35,817 nt of DNA from Octopus bimaculoides (GCF_001194135.2 NC_068985.1:34552051-34587867); one strand, 5' to 3'; shown: positions 11,460-24,741, counted from the stretch's first letter. A program made the numbers and translations. Notes: generated by a model not told the origin, from the sequence alone.

Positions 11460-12400
11460 TTTTAATGGTACTCTCAAGACATAAAAAGTTATTATCATTC
11501 ATCTCAGAAGCATAAGTTTTTAATATTTCTCAAAAGCAAATGTGTCAGAAAATTGATTGTGTTTGGCTAGTTTGTTAAAAACAATCAATGCATCCAGCAT
11601 TGATGCCAAATCATGATCCAAGAGGTAATAATACAACATATATCATTTTCAGACTTAATATCACTTAAATATAACATTTCTGACTCATATTAATCCTGTT
11701 GTAACCAAGAGACTTTGTACCCTCCAGTCCACATCAAATTTTCACAAGTTCCAGAAACGTTTATACCATGATGAAATTCTGCACACAGTGTTATGTATTT
11801 TGCGTTAATAAAGTTTGCATGTCATCTTTTTCAAACATTTTGCTTTGTATGGTGTTGTTCTTCCAGAAATATTCTCATCAGTTAATTCTGAGCAGCCAAT
11901 ATTTTCCAAAACATGTTGGTGCAACATTGAAAAGAGCTCAAATTTTTGTCATATTTTGGTCTTCAGCAAAATGGCAATCAAGAGAAAACTACACCACATA
12001 GGAAGCTCATTTTGTTTTGAAACAACAATAGATAAATTTCAGTCACATATATCAGACAAATTTTCAGACCAGCTGTTTGTGAAACAAAGTCACAAGGAAA
12101 GAAAATTAGTGGGTTTGTTTGATTCAGTAACTTCTCATCACTTGACTATTTCAATTCAGTGCCCTGAAAGTTGGGCTGAAATTTTGAGCCAAGTATTGCA
12201 ATAACACTCACTTTCAGGCAGTATAAAAGCATTTTGTGGCCAGTGCTAGATCTTGAAATCATGTACAATCAATGGAAATTCAAAACTCTCCAGTTTCCAT
12301 GATCTGTTGAACAAAGTTCTGAAGTGCATTGTATTCTCAAACACTCATCGTGAGTATGAATTGCACACAATGGATAGAATTATTTCTCCAAAAAGTTAAC
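11460..12400 (-). mobile_element. Possible L1/Tx1-like ORF2 C-terminal remnant
   Basis: Broken frames give KMTCKLY..WYKRF..FDVDW, LYLSDIKSENDICC..WHQC and LAKH, loosely like the L1/Tx1 C-terminal Cys/His region; weak. Confidence 0.3.
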
Positions 12401-12559
12401 ACACCCATATCAAAAAGTTAACACACCCATAATATTATTTTTTGAATTTAATATTTATTATCCTAAGCGTTTTAGGGCCCCTTACAAACATACACCATTT
12501 TCCCATTCATCTATTTATTTATCTTATCCCTTATAATGGTCACAATAGTTGGTCTTTTG

Positions 12560-12835
12560 TTTTTAAATTTCAACTGACCAATTACATCAAATATTGGACT
12601 TTAGCATATCTCACTTTGGACAACAGGTAGAAGGCTTTAACCACCTACTAGTAAATAAATAAAAAAAAAATTACATTTAACCAATTAACACTTTATTATG
12701 ATTAATACTGTTAATAAAACAGGTTTTACTTGAAGAAAGGCTAAAAATTCCCCCTAAATTTGTTCAGAACTTGTATGAAGCAATTCCTCAGCTTATTAAA
12801 GCTATAACTGATACCAAAGGTGACCAACCCTAGCC
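12560..12835 (+). mobile_element. Tc1-like transposase C-terminal remnant
   Basis: VLLEERLKIPPKFVQNLYEAIPQLIKAITDTKGDQP* resembles the Tc1 end (EEW.KIP...VQNLYESIPRRI.AV..AKGGPT). Confidence 0.7.
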
Positions 12836-12954
12836 TGCTTACTTAGACAGTGAGATGGCTCAAAAGGTACTACAATGCAAGGAAATACATTGTGACCAAC
12901 TGTGTATACCAATACCTAATAATCTGGTCAATACTGTGATACAGTGATGAATAT

Positions 12955-13050
12955 TAATATATATATATATATATATATATATANNNNNNNNNNTGCTCCA
13001 GCATGGCAACACTCAAATGACTGAAACATGTAAAAGAGTAAAAGAATATA

Positions 13051-13118
<68 letters not shown>

Positions 13119-13145
13119 GAAAGAGAGAGAGAGAGACAGACAGGG
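12955..13145. repeat. Compound (TA)n/(TG)n/(CA)n/(GA)n microsatellites around a SINE-end fragment (12994-13047)
   Basis: Directly visible; tgctccagcatgg...gactgaaacatgtaaaagag is the reverse complement of about 30005-30050. Confidence 0.9.
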
Positions 13146-13495
13146 AGAGAAATAATGCCAATTAGAAACCTGTCACTTGGCTACAAATCTAAGTATTTTC
13201 TTAACTTATATAAAGTAAAAATAATCATTTGTAGTCAATTTTTGTAATGAGTTTTCCTGTTGTTTGATTAACTGAACTACTTACTCATTGAATTATATTG
13301 TATGTGACTGAGTATTCCACAGATATATGTATTCTTAGTATAATCTTCAGTTAGAATCAGTACACTGCAGAGAGTGACAAGGCTGACCTTTTGAATTACT
13401 GACTCAGCTTATTTGATGACCTTTGATGAACTTCATTACTATCTGGCTATACATTCTTCCATACATACAATACAAATGTGTGTATGTGCACTCAT

Positions 13496-13496
<1 letters not shown>

Positions 13497-13537
<41 letters not shown>
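13497..13537. repeat. (CA)n microsatellite
   Basis: Directly visible. Confidence 0.97.
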
Positions 13538-13540
<3 letters not shown>

Positions 13541-14384
13541 TATCCACATTGACTTTATTGTGGTACTATAATTTTCACAATGAAATTTTATAGAAGGTAT
13601 GAATTTCTCATTTTGTGTCATTGCTTCAATCAAATTATCTTGGAAATGTTGTAGCTGATATTTACAAAATAGTTTTTAAAATTCTATTTGCTTCCCCCAT
13701 AACTTTAGCTCTTAGACACATTATCAAAAAAAGAAAAAAACAAAAAAAAAAACAACTTAAATCTATTTTTCCTTTCTGAGATGATTTAGTAACCATAGAA
13801 GATAGATATTTGAGACTGAATTCCAGATATGAGGTACAGGATGTTAGTAAATGGAAATCATTTGAAAGCCCATCCTTTGTTTTTAGTTAGTGTGACAACT
13901 ATTAACAGAATTTAGTTTTCTGAAATGATTAAATAAGCGTAAAGTAATTGAAAATTGGTTGAGGTTATAAGTAGAGTGATGTGGGTTATCAGAATTTCCA
14001 TCAGTGACCTTGACTTATGTAGATCAATTGAAACCATTATAAATTATATAATTATTGATACATGGTTTAACAATTGTCACAACTTCAACGACAATAAATT
14101 TGAACTTATATACGAAAGATAATTTACTAGTTCTTGGAATGATCTCATGTTTCACTACCAAGAATATCCACAATGTCTTAATTCAGACATGCACATGAGC
14201 TGTTTAAGTTATTTATTTACATTCATATATTTTTGGACAAATCAATTTACTTTCACAATTACTAAGCACTCAGTGTTGGAGTGATTGATATGTTTGTTGT
14301 CTTGGTTTGGTAACCTTATTCAACCCTAACCTCTCAGTTTTTATGTCCTTATTATATGCTGTTATTAGTTGAAATATTCTTTTC

Positions 14385-14520
14385 TACCCTAGGCACAAGG
14401 CTCCAAATTTTTGGTTTAGGGACTAGTCAATTACATTGACCCCAGTGCATAACTGGCACTTAATTTAGCAACCCCAAAAAGGTGAAAGGCAAAGTTGATC
14501 CTAGTGGAATTTGATATTAG
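14385..14520 (-). mobile_element. Partial octopus-type tRNA-derived SINE
   Basis: ctaggcacaagg...gaccccagtg...ggtgaaaggcaaagttgatcctagtggaatttga resembles an octopus SINE core ending at a reverse B-box. Confidence 0.7.
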
Positions 14521-14583
14521 TTGAAACATTAGCATTAGGAAAGATATCTAACTTTGAAAACAGTTGCTGCAACAGTTCTTCCA

Positions 14584-14665
14584 AATTGGCTCATCTAATT
14601 GGCTCATCTAATTGGCTCATCTAATTGACTCATAATGTATGAGCCATCTAATTGGCTCATACATT
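14584..14665. repeat. 13-bp tandem repeat (aattggctcatct x4) plus 13-bp perfect hairpin
   Basis: Units start at 14584, 14597, 14610 and 14623; arms aatgtatgagcca (14634-14646) and tggctcatacatt (14653-14665). Confidence 0.92.
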
Positions 14666-15100
14666 AGATAAAAAATTTGAAGTAAAAACAAAACAAAAAC
14701 AAAAATAAATCATCAACTTTTAAAATATAAACCTCCAATAATTGTTAAGCTTTGTTTACAATATAGACAGTCAGTACATTTGGATCTGAATGTGTATGAT
14801 ACCTTGTAAAACCAAGATGTTTCAATATAAGCATGTGAAGTAAGATAAGCAAACACAGTGACAATCTTACATAGTGCATTCTCATTGCCAGCTGCTTTTC
14901 AAAGCACAAAACCCAGGACACACATTCCAAAAGATCGCACCATTTTACAAAAGAAATAAGGTTTTAATTTTCATTGGAAAGAACAATTCAAACAAAGACA
15001 TTACTCATATACATACACTCTTTTTAATTTTGTGTTTGTTATTTGTTATATAAGTACAGATGTACCAAAACAAAAGTATTTAAAAAATAAGACAGTATAT

Positions 15101-15185
15101 TAGGTACAGGTATGACAGTGTGGTAAGAAGCTTTCTTCCCAGCTATATGGTTCTGGGGTCAGTTCCACTGTGTGGCATTGGACAC
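15101..15185 (+). mobile_element. 5' head of tRNA-derived SINE
   Basis: Matches the reverse complement of about 31125-31210. Confidence 0.7.
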
Positions 15186-15608
15186 ATGAACAAATGAATA
15201 AATAAAAACAAAAATAGACGAACATGTATAAACAGAGGATATAGATAATACAGGCACTCCCCATACACACACATGCACTTACAAAACATAGACACACACA
15301 GAGGGATACGCATGCGTAGACACATACAATAGGAATACAGAATACAAAATGGCTGATCGTTAGCAAGGAGGAACACACATAAGAAAGAAGAAAGCAAAGG
15401 ACTACTGATGAGGTCACAGAAGTGTGACGAAAGAACTCTGGCTGAAATAGGATTAATGTAATGTATTGTAAAATAAAGCTGAAGCAAATTAACACCAAAT
15501 ATACAGTGCATGTGTTTTTATTGGCTAAACTGGCAATATGACCATCCCCAAATACAACAACATCTGTTTCAACACACGATTTCACATAAAAATCTTGCAA
15601 AGCAAATA

Positions 15609-15700
15609 TATTATTATTATTATTATTCAGGTCACTGCCTAGAATTGAACTCGGAATCTTGGGGTTAGTAGCCCACACTCTTAACCACTATGCCATATGC
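15609..15700 (-). mobile_element. Very short tRNA-derived SINE with (AAT)n tail
   Basis: Minus strand: A-box TGGCATAGTGGTTAAG, loop CTACTAA, B-box GAGTTCAATTC, then aataataataat. Confidence 0.7.
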
Positions 15701-16149
15701 ATATCAAATATCCATCAAATGTAAATAATGTAAATAATGTATATACTACCTAGGTTCATATGTATCTATTTATGATATAGCTACTGGCATGTATTTCAGC
15801 ATGTTAACTTGTATTTCCTCAGCAGAGTACTCTACAGGCATTTCTTTTCAGTACTTTTTAGACAATCATTATTTCTCATTATTATATAAAGTAATTGCTT
15901 TGCTCATTTGTCTCTTCCTGGGTAATTTATATACCACCCACTTGTGACGCAACACTTATTATATATTGCATGGGTAAATAGATTCCAGTCTTCCATTCAG
16001 TGGCAGCTGACAAAGTGAATATTCAACAAAACATTGAGATTTATCTCTTTTGTAAATATTCCATATTTTGTTTATGTGGTATATTTGGGTCTGTTCTTTC
16101 CTGGTGAGGTGATGTGCTCTCTTAGTGAGCTAAGATTGTACTGCTCAGG

Positions 16150-17812
16150 TTCATGTGCATTTAATCTACTTGCAGGCAGTAGGTAGTTGCTGTTAACTAG
16201 ATGACCTAATTAGTAAAGAACTATATTTTGAAAGTATGGTTGCTAAAATTAAAAGTGACTGAATAAAGTTCTGAAAGCTATTACCTCTGTTGGTAACAAA
16301 AGATTTCATATTGTGTATGAACAGCAATGCTATATGGTAGTGAAATATGGGCCATGAATGCAGAAGACATGTAAAGGATAGAAAGAAATTAAGTTAGCAT
16401 ACTCCACTAGATGTGCAAAGTCAATATGCAATGCAGAACAAAGTGCAAATGTGTTGAAAGAAAAATTGGGCATAAGAGTCATCAGATGTAGTGTGCAAGA
16501 GAGAAAACTGCACTGGTATGGTAATGTAATTGACATTGATGAGGGTAAGTGCATAAAGAAGTACTGATTGCTAAACATGGATGGAATTTATGGCAAAGGG
16601 AAACCCAGGAAGACTTGAGATGAAGTAATGAAGATTGATTTCAGTATATTGGACCTCATACAAGAGATGACAAAAGACCAGAAATGAGTGGTGACTTGCT
16701 GTGCTCAAAAATACCTGTTGATCTCAGCCAAAAAAATGAAGTCCTAAAAGCATATTTTATATGCCTCACAACAAACCTATCCCAATCAAATCTTCCCAAC
16801 CACTCCTCTTCATAATGCCTGCCCCTCCATTACTCTTTAAACTATGGCACTATTTACTCAGCTACTGCAATTATACGAGAACAAAACTGCACATATTTCA
16901 TCCTACTTTTGTTTTTGTGCTGCCACTTAACCTTTGCTTTGGAACCACTTCCTTTCTTATCCATCTTGCATTTGCAATGTCATCTTTTACCACTATTTTT
17001 CCACTAAATGCTTCATTACTTTGAACCCCTTTGCATACCAGACAACATTGGGTCCTCCTCACCATTGTTCATCACCCACCATTTTGACCTCTATGTACAT
17101 CAGACTTTCATCTCTGTTCAGTACTTTCCTCTCTCCCCCACTCTACATATTTCACATCTTCTCTATTTCTCTCCACAACCACCCCTTCATGTGTTGCCAC
17201 TTACCACCTCATCTTCCCTGATCCTTTTCTATTTTCCTTTACTTCTTCCCAAATTGATATTTGCCATTGATTGCTTTTACCCACGTTCACCATCCACTAC
17301 ATTCACCTCTATCTCCATCTCTAACCATCTGCCACTCTCCTTTCATTCACTTGTGTGCATACTCCTCCACCCTTCCTGGTTTCCCATCTCTATTCTCTCT
17401 TATATTCACCCTCTTGTACCTTGAAGGTATGCCTGGCATCTCACCATCACCATCTTTTCTCCCTTTCCAGTTGGAGTAGCCATGTATGTCCTCAACAAGA
17501 TACCTGTTCCAGTCTTTCTGTCATACTTAAATAAAACCAGGTCCCTTACTACAGACCCCTACTCAAGATATTGTCTTGTGAGTTAATTTGTGACCTCATT
17601 AGTGCTGAAACCATGAAAAATGTACTCAGTGCACTCAGTAAAGTGACTGGCAACAGGAAGGGCACCCATCTGTAGAAATTGTCATAAAAAAAGCAGACAT
17701 TGTAACTCAACACAGTCCTCTGGTTCATCAGATTCTGTCAAACTGTTCAACCATGACAGCATGTTAGAGACATGTAAAATGATGATGATGATGATGATGA
17801 TGACAATGACGA
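16150..17812 (+). mobile_element. Old 5'-truncated RTE LINE (ORF C-terminus, pyrimidine-rich spacer, tail)
   Basis: KLLPLLVTK, MLYGSEIWAM and GKGKPRKT at about 16270-16620; ggaagggcacccatctgtagaaa...(gat)n tail at about 17655-17812. Confidence 0.8.
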
Positions 17813-19049
17813 TTATCTCATAGTGAGAATAAACCAAGATCAGAGTAATGGTGTTTTGTTAGTTGGCTTAATGAACGAGGGTCAACTTTGAGAGTTGGGG
17901 ACAGTGTAAAAAGAAAATAAACTGCTGAAAATGAGAAAGAGAAGTAAAAAAAAGAGCTAGAAACGAAATTAGACAGCTAAAGATGAAGATAGGAAAAAGG
18001 GAAATAGAAAGGGAAAGCAATAATTACCACTGTTTCTCTCTCTCTCTCTCAATCTATCTCTCTTTCACAAACTCTCAGTCGCTCTCTTTCTCCTCCTTCT
18101 TTCTGTGATAAAACTTTTCATTCCCAACCCATTCATCCTTTATACTGTGGAATGAATGTGAAAACAGAGTTGAAGGAAGAGGGGAGACTAAATTATACCA
18201 AGAAAATATGGAAGTAAAAGTAGAAGAGTCTAAAAGAACCATCAAAACTGAATTGGTTTCAGCTTATTTATCTACATATCCTAATTGGTTAGATGATAAT
18301 AGAATGATAATAGGAGTGAGTAAGAGAGAGAGAAGTAAATAGATAAAACAATTGGTTGTCCTAAAAGTTGTTGACAGTTATGTAAGCAAAGTAAAAACAC
18401 TCTGATCTCCTGCACAGGCTTGGTTTAGATTTACATCCTCATTTACACCGTATGATGTGAATGTAAGACTCATAGTCAGTAAGTAAATATTGTTTAATAT
18501 TGAAATGCAACTTAAATCCAAGAAAATATAACTTGTTTTACAATTTCAAATGTTTCAATACTAAAGTTTAAATTCATATTCTGTTTGAAGCTAGAAGTTT
18601 TATGTCTAATTACCACATAAAAATGTGCAATAGCTTATGTAAACACATACACAATATATATATATATATATATATATATANNNNNNNNNNTCGATATTAT
18701 GTAAACAGAGGAATTTATCTGTAAAAATATGCGACACTTATTCAGTAGCCATGATAAAACTCTGAGTTTCGGATGCCGGCTAAATATTTGCTACGTAAGG
18801 TCCCCCTGAGTTTACTGATAGGACTTGCTTTCTATATTGTGTCTATGTATAAGCTTTTTATCTCTCTATATTTTTACTTAGATTTCTTGTATATTATTTT
18901 TATATTTTTGTTACATACTTATAGAGATAATGTTTTGTATATTTTCCACACGTATTCCCCCCTCCACCCTGCTTTTTTCCTGTGCGTCTATAGACGCATA
19001 CATGGAGCCTTATGTGCATGCTTGTGGATGTGTGCAGTCCACTATATTA

Positions 19050-21591
19050 AGAGCAATCATTTGCGTTCCTTAGATGATTGTGCAAATCTATCAATAATTG
19101 CTTCTGTATCCATTTCAGCTAACAGTTAATTTCCAATGGATAACAACATGTATGCTTCCAAGTTCTCCTCAAACAGTGAACTTCTTAACTTTGTCTTTAT
19201 GATCTTTAGCTTCACAAACACCCTCTCACATTGGACTTAGGTAACTGATAGTGTGCAGATGACTTTATAAAGTTCATAAGGGTTATCATATGCCTTGTCA
19301 TGAAGTCTGTTGGATGCCAGATGATGAGCAAGTGCTGCAAATTTTACAGTTGTTGCAACTGGAACCTATATTCTCACTGTCATTAATTAATAGCTTTAAT
19401 GCATCAAAGTTTGAAGCAAAAGAAGACAATTCCAATCATATTTGATCTTTGCTGATTTGTGGAAACAATTTAATAATATCTTCCAATGCTTCAACTTCAA
19501 GGCCCTTCTCTAGTTTTAAATTTAGCTGGATAAATCTTTATACAACTGTTTGTGCTGTACAAATTTTGATTCTAGTGACCTAACATTATTAGGTTAATCA
19601 CGTTTACTCAAAAATCAACTGGAGAATCTGAGAAACTCCCTTCATCATTAAAAAGCTCTACTGCCAATTGTTTCTTCCTCTGTCTCTTAGCTGGCAATGC
19701 TGTTTCCAAAGCATCAATTTCCAAAGTTTGATTTTCATCCATATTCATCTGTGAAAACTTGTCATTACATTTGTTTACAAATTCCAAAGCTTTACTGTGA
19801 ATGTTATGAAATGTTCTTGTCTGTTCCTTCAACTTTGTTGTAGCTGAATCTACTAAACCCCATGCAGTAAACATTTCTAATTAAAATTGTCTAATAGATA
19901 ACTTGATAACAGGGCTATAGTTTCAAATATATATACAAGTAAAAAAATGCTGTTAATATGGTTTCAAACATTATAAGACTTTGAAGTAAAACATTTGCTT
20001 CATGTTTTGTTTTGGTATCAAACGTATCTGAATCTTGTATTATTGATAAGCATGTCAATAGATTTACAAAAGTACTGATATTGACATCATGAAAACCTTT
20101 AAATATAGCTGTAGCTGCATTGGATTTTCCTGGCCATCTGGTCGGTTGTACCAATTAGCTTCAATTGTTTCATCTTTTTCTTTGTTCTAGATGTTTTCCA
20201 ACAACTATCCATACAGCCATTCTCTTATAAGATGCTTTCACAAAAGTTGCTAAATTCTGGAGCAAATTGAAAAAGGAAACTGCACATACACAACATCTTG
20301 TAGTTTCAATTATCACCAAATTCAAGATCTGAGCATAGCACCATATATGAACATGTTGATCTGCCACAGCAGCAATTTTACTTTGTAAACCATTATGCTG
20401 CCCGTGGTAACTTGCAGCACCATCTGTGCTGTCAGATAAACATTTTTGGGAGTCAATTCTAAGTTGTAACATTTCAGTTAATAGGTCAAAAAGTTTCTGT
20501 TCTGTACTATCATTACTTGGCACAATGAAAGTAGTTGCTTGCAGATAACACCTTTAAGCACATACTGAATAATAATGCTAAACTAATTGATGGATGAATT
20601 ATCCTGTGTTGAATCAACCTGAATGGAATAATATATTACTTGAGAAACTTCATGACCAGTTCTTTCTTGTATCATATTCTTCATGATTTGGATTAATAGT
20701 TGCTTTACTCAGGTATGTAATAAGTCCACTACGGCCTTTACTTTGAGCCTTTCTTTGTTTTTCTAAGTGATTGAGTTTTGGTCCAGATTGTTTTGCACTG
20801 CAGAAACGTGAGCGGCCATAATGATGTCCTAATTTGCCATCAACTTCAACGTAGCTAAAAAATTGCCATGATTCAGAATCTCATTATCCAAAGTGTGGGC
20901 CAATTTATTTCTGTGACCTCAAAAAAGGAGTGCATGCTTGCTTAACATCTTTATGATGTCTATAATCCTCATGACAATACTTCTCTGCTTCAATATTCTT
21001 CTTTCCTTTTGATTAATGATGCTGCCCCAAAATTTCCCATGGTGTCATCATTAACCACACTGATATATTGCTGAGCATTGCTGACATGTGTTGTTGATTT
21101 GATTTGTGTAAAGCCAAGTTCTGGCTAATATGCCTGTAGCCACTGAAACCACATACAAAGGGTGATAGATTACAAGTGTTGGGAGACTCAAAGACTATGG
21201 AGTATGAACAATATTAGCATCTATTTTCTTTATTATATGTTAGCCATTTTCCTGGGACTGAGTCATTCATAATTTTCCTCTCATATAAAGGAACTTCAAG
21301 TGGCTGAAATGAATGTTCAGCCAAAACCTTTTTCAGATTTGCTTGTAATGGACATTGGGAGATTCCAATAGTTGATCTTCCATATTTTTGTATAGGTTAA
21401 GTTACAGGACATGATTGAGGAACCAAGTCATTTATGCCTGAAATAATATCTGATTCCCTGTCACTAGTTGAAGCTTTGTGCTCAGATGTTGCAACTACAG
21501 GCAGTGCAGATACTGGAACAATGAAGCAAGAAGTAGTACTGGGACTGGGTTGGCTAGTAAAGGATGCACTTGTAATTTTCTCTACATTCAA
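19050..21591 (-). mobile_element. Pseudogenised hAT transposase (ZMYM1-like/DUF4371 type)
   Basis: IQVDSTQD, TDGAASYHGQHNGL, HIWCYAQILNLV, PTRW, and the dimerisation motif ICTLSVT.VQCERVFVKLKIIKTKLRSSLFEENLEAYMLLSI; many stops. TIRs not found. Confidence 0.9.
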
Positions 21592-21604
21592 GGTAGCTCT
21601 TCCT

Positions 21605-23030
21605 TATTCTTGAAACTCACATGTCACTACATCATCATCATGAGTATTGTTTCTTGCTTCTTGCTTATTTGTTGCAGAACTGGACATTGGTGTGTATAGC
21701 AACATATCCTTGTCTATGTGTGAATATGGGCTTTGTTAAATACAAAGCAAGTTTTTCAAATGTTTGTCTTTGTCATTCATCAATTGTCATTACCATTTCT
21801 AATTTAATAAGAAATTCTTGTTTAATTAATGTAAATGGTAACTCTTCACCTACTGAAGAAAGTATAACTCCTGGTATAAATAGTTTTTCTGTGATGTAGA
21901 CCTTCAGTTATAACTTTTACCTAAATGACTTTATCTTGAATGTCTTGAATAACTAAACATGTACCATTCATTACAAATGCTATGAGCTAGGTCAATTGTA
22001 TGTAAGAGAATAATTACTGCATTAGTCTTTAATTTAAATATGTGTGATGGTAAACCTGAAATATTTAGCTTATTTAAATGCTCTGTAATGAATTCTGAAG
22101 GGTCATCCTGATGCAAACATTGATTATCATTAAAAAGAACCTTTTCATTTTCTGGAAGAAGTTTCAGTATTTCCTTTTATGAGATCAACATCAATATTTT
22201 TGGGTGCTAAAACAGGAATCTTTGAAAATCTTTCTGGATCTGCAATGCATTCCTGTATGACATTTCTATTGAAAACCAAGGGAATGAGGTCATTGAATTC
22301 ATAGACTCACTTACATTCCTTGGGTATAATAATTTCTCCATTTGCTTCTTCTACTACAGAACCATTGTTGAATTGAATTTGGTTGTTTTGATTTTCTGTA
22401 TTCTGTGCATATGATTTTCATTGCATATTTTCTGTCAGTTGAATTGTTTTTACATGTTTTCATAAAGATGAATTATTAAATCTGCTGTCCACTATCGGTG
22501 GTCTGCTTCCATGTTTAATGACAGCTAATATTTGTTGAAAAACTTCAAACAGAAAACATTCAAATCAGGTGTTAACTGTTTTCATAAGTTCTCTTAATGT
22601 TCTACCCAATGCCTTTGGGAGAAAATAGTGAAACATTGGGTAATTCATCCCAAGTTATAACACCAGCCTGAATGATGAAAGCTTCTTTATCACTCTGTAT
22701 GGATATATTACATGTGGTACCATTAACTAGATTGAAAGGAAAGGAGAAAACGGAATGAGGCATTGTATTTCCAGCAAGTAGCAATGCATCTATAACAGAT
22801 GCAGTTGCTATTGCAATTTTTAATTTTTTTTTTTGTTAGACATAGGAGAGAATGACATGATTAGAGAAAAGTTTTATCTGGCCTACCCGGCCCATCAATA
22901 AGCAAAGTTTTAGTTATGAGTATCTTGTGACTGTATCTGCTTTTGAATTGTGAATTGCCTCATTAATGATCTGAAATGTTGCTTGTTGACCACAATTTCA
23001 TTTTTTCACATTTACATCAAAGCATTGAAA
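21605..23030 (-). mobile_element. Degraded Helitron Pif1-family helicase
   Basis: LIDGPGRPDKTFL (Walker A), LLLAGNTMPHSVF, ITWDELP (Walker B), LNISGLPSHIFKLK, LPFTLIKQEFLIKLEMVMTI and KPIFTHRQGYVA, in Helitron order. Confidence 0.88.
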
Positions 23031-23039
23031 GCAGCACAG

Positions 23040-23769
23040 GCCATGTACAGGGGTGCTCCTAGTAAAGTAAGAGTTGGCTCTAGGTACAATGATGAATTTA
23101 GTTTACAGGTAGATGTCCACCAAGGATAGATCCTCAGCTTCCTCCTATTTATCATCAACCTCTAGGCCATAACAGGGAAATTTAAGACTGGAAGCCCTTG
23201 AAAACTCCTATATTCTGATGATCTTGCTCTCATAGCAGAATCTGTAACAGGCTCAGAAAGAAATTCCAAGTTTCAAAACAGAACCTGGAATCAAAGGGTC
23301 TTAAAGCAAACTTAGTTAAGATCAAGGCCCTAGTAGGCAAGAAATTGGATAAGACCCTTCTCCCTTCAGGTAAATGGCCCAGCTCTAATGTAGGAAGGGT
23401 GTAGGCAGAAATTCCATGTGGTGTACTAGTGCCAGCTATGGATACACAAGAGGTGCAGTGGGATAGCAAGGTTTACAGACAAAGTAGTGTTTCTGTGTGG
23501 AAGATATACAAGAGCCACAAAGACTACAGATACATGGGAAACTGATTTCCTTAAATATCCTGGTGGTTCTCTGGAAGTTTTCATTTCATTTTATCATTTT
23601 CATTTTATCTAGTTTCAGCTCATGAGCTGTGGCCATGCTGGAGCACTGCCATGTAGATAATGTTTGCTACTTAGGTGACCTAATTATCAGTGGAGAAGAT
23701 TGTACAGAAAGTTTAATTGCTAGAATAAGAATAAAATGGAAAAAAGTTCAGAGAGCTTTTACCTCTGTC

Positions 23770-23802
<33 letters not shown>

Positions 23803-24510
23803 GAGTGAAAGGAGGATTGTATGATGCATGTGTAGAAACAGTAATGCTGCAAAGTAGTGAGACATGAGCCCTGAATGTAGAGGATATGTGAAGGCTGGAG
23901 AGGAACAAAGCTGGTATTTTCTGCTGGATATACAATGTCAGGGTGCATGTGTAACAAAGCATTGGGGTATTGAGAGAAAGGTTGGGATTTTATGTAGTAT
24001 GCAAGAGAAGAGACTGCACTGCTTTGGTCATCTGAGGTAGCTGGATGATGACAGTTGCATAAAGAACTGTTAATCACTTACAGTAGAGGGAGATCCAAGA
24101 AGACATGGGATGCAGTATTGAAGGCTGATCACAAAACGCTGAACCTGACAAAGATGACAGAATATTGAGATATGTGGTACATTGCTATATTCAAGAAAAC
24201 CCACCCACTAGAACAAAATTATGATCCTAAAATCAAGGTGCCACATAAAAAGCATTGGTGTGGGGGCAGGTACCACAGAAAAAGCACTGATTCTGGTGCC
24301 ACTTAAAAAGCAGTGGTGATAGTATCACATAAAAAGCATCCACTAGACTCTTAGAGTGGTTGACATTGGGAAGGGCATCCAGCCATAGAAACCAAGCCGA
24401 AACAGACTATGGAATTTTATGCAAACCCTGGCCTTGCTAGTTTTTGTCAAGCTGTCCAACCCATATCAACATGGTAACCAGATGATAAATGTTGATGTTG
24501 ATGATAATGA
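23040..24510 (+). mobile_element. Degraded 5'-truncated RTE LINE with 3' UTR and tail
   Basis: Collinear with 32930-34050; gtgccacataaaaagca repeats and ggaagggcatccagc...(gat)n tail; internal SINE fragment (about 23612-23650) and (TC)n. Confidence 0.88.
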
Positions 24511-24741
24511 TTTTTCTGAACTTTATTATTTCTCCTTTATACTGCCCTATCTTATATACTTGCTCTTCATGATCTCACCATGATAGTACTTGTTGTTAAG
24601 TGGGTTCATGTTTTTGTAAAGACAAGTTCCTATGATTAATGTCAAATTATTTTATACATTGTATTATTTTGCATCATGAACTTCATGCTCCTTATTTGTA
24701 AAAATCATTCCTATCAATATTTATCATTTTCTTTGTAGATA

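Noticed and set aside
12391-12431. 21-bp tandem duplication aaaagttaacacacccata
   Set aside because: Two copies only; ordinary slippage, with no matching terminus found.
8415-14665. CRISPR-like or prokaryotic system from short repeats
   Set aside because: Repeats lack unique spacers and the context is eukaryotic; no cas-like or operon-like ORFs.
15625-15700. Functional tRNA gene
   Set aside because: Anticodon and acceptor stems pair poorly and an (AAT)n tail follows; better explained as a SINE.
18757-18780. Hammerhead-like half motif (minus strand ccGAAACtcagaGT)
   Set aside because: No CUGANGA box or stem I partner found.
18983-18998. 16-bp palindrome tgcgtctatagacgca as a Helitron 3' hairpin
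   Set aside because: No CTRR terminus at the expected distance on either strand.
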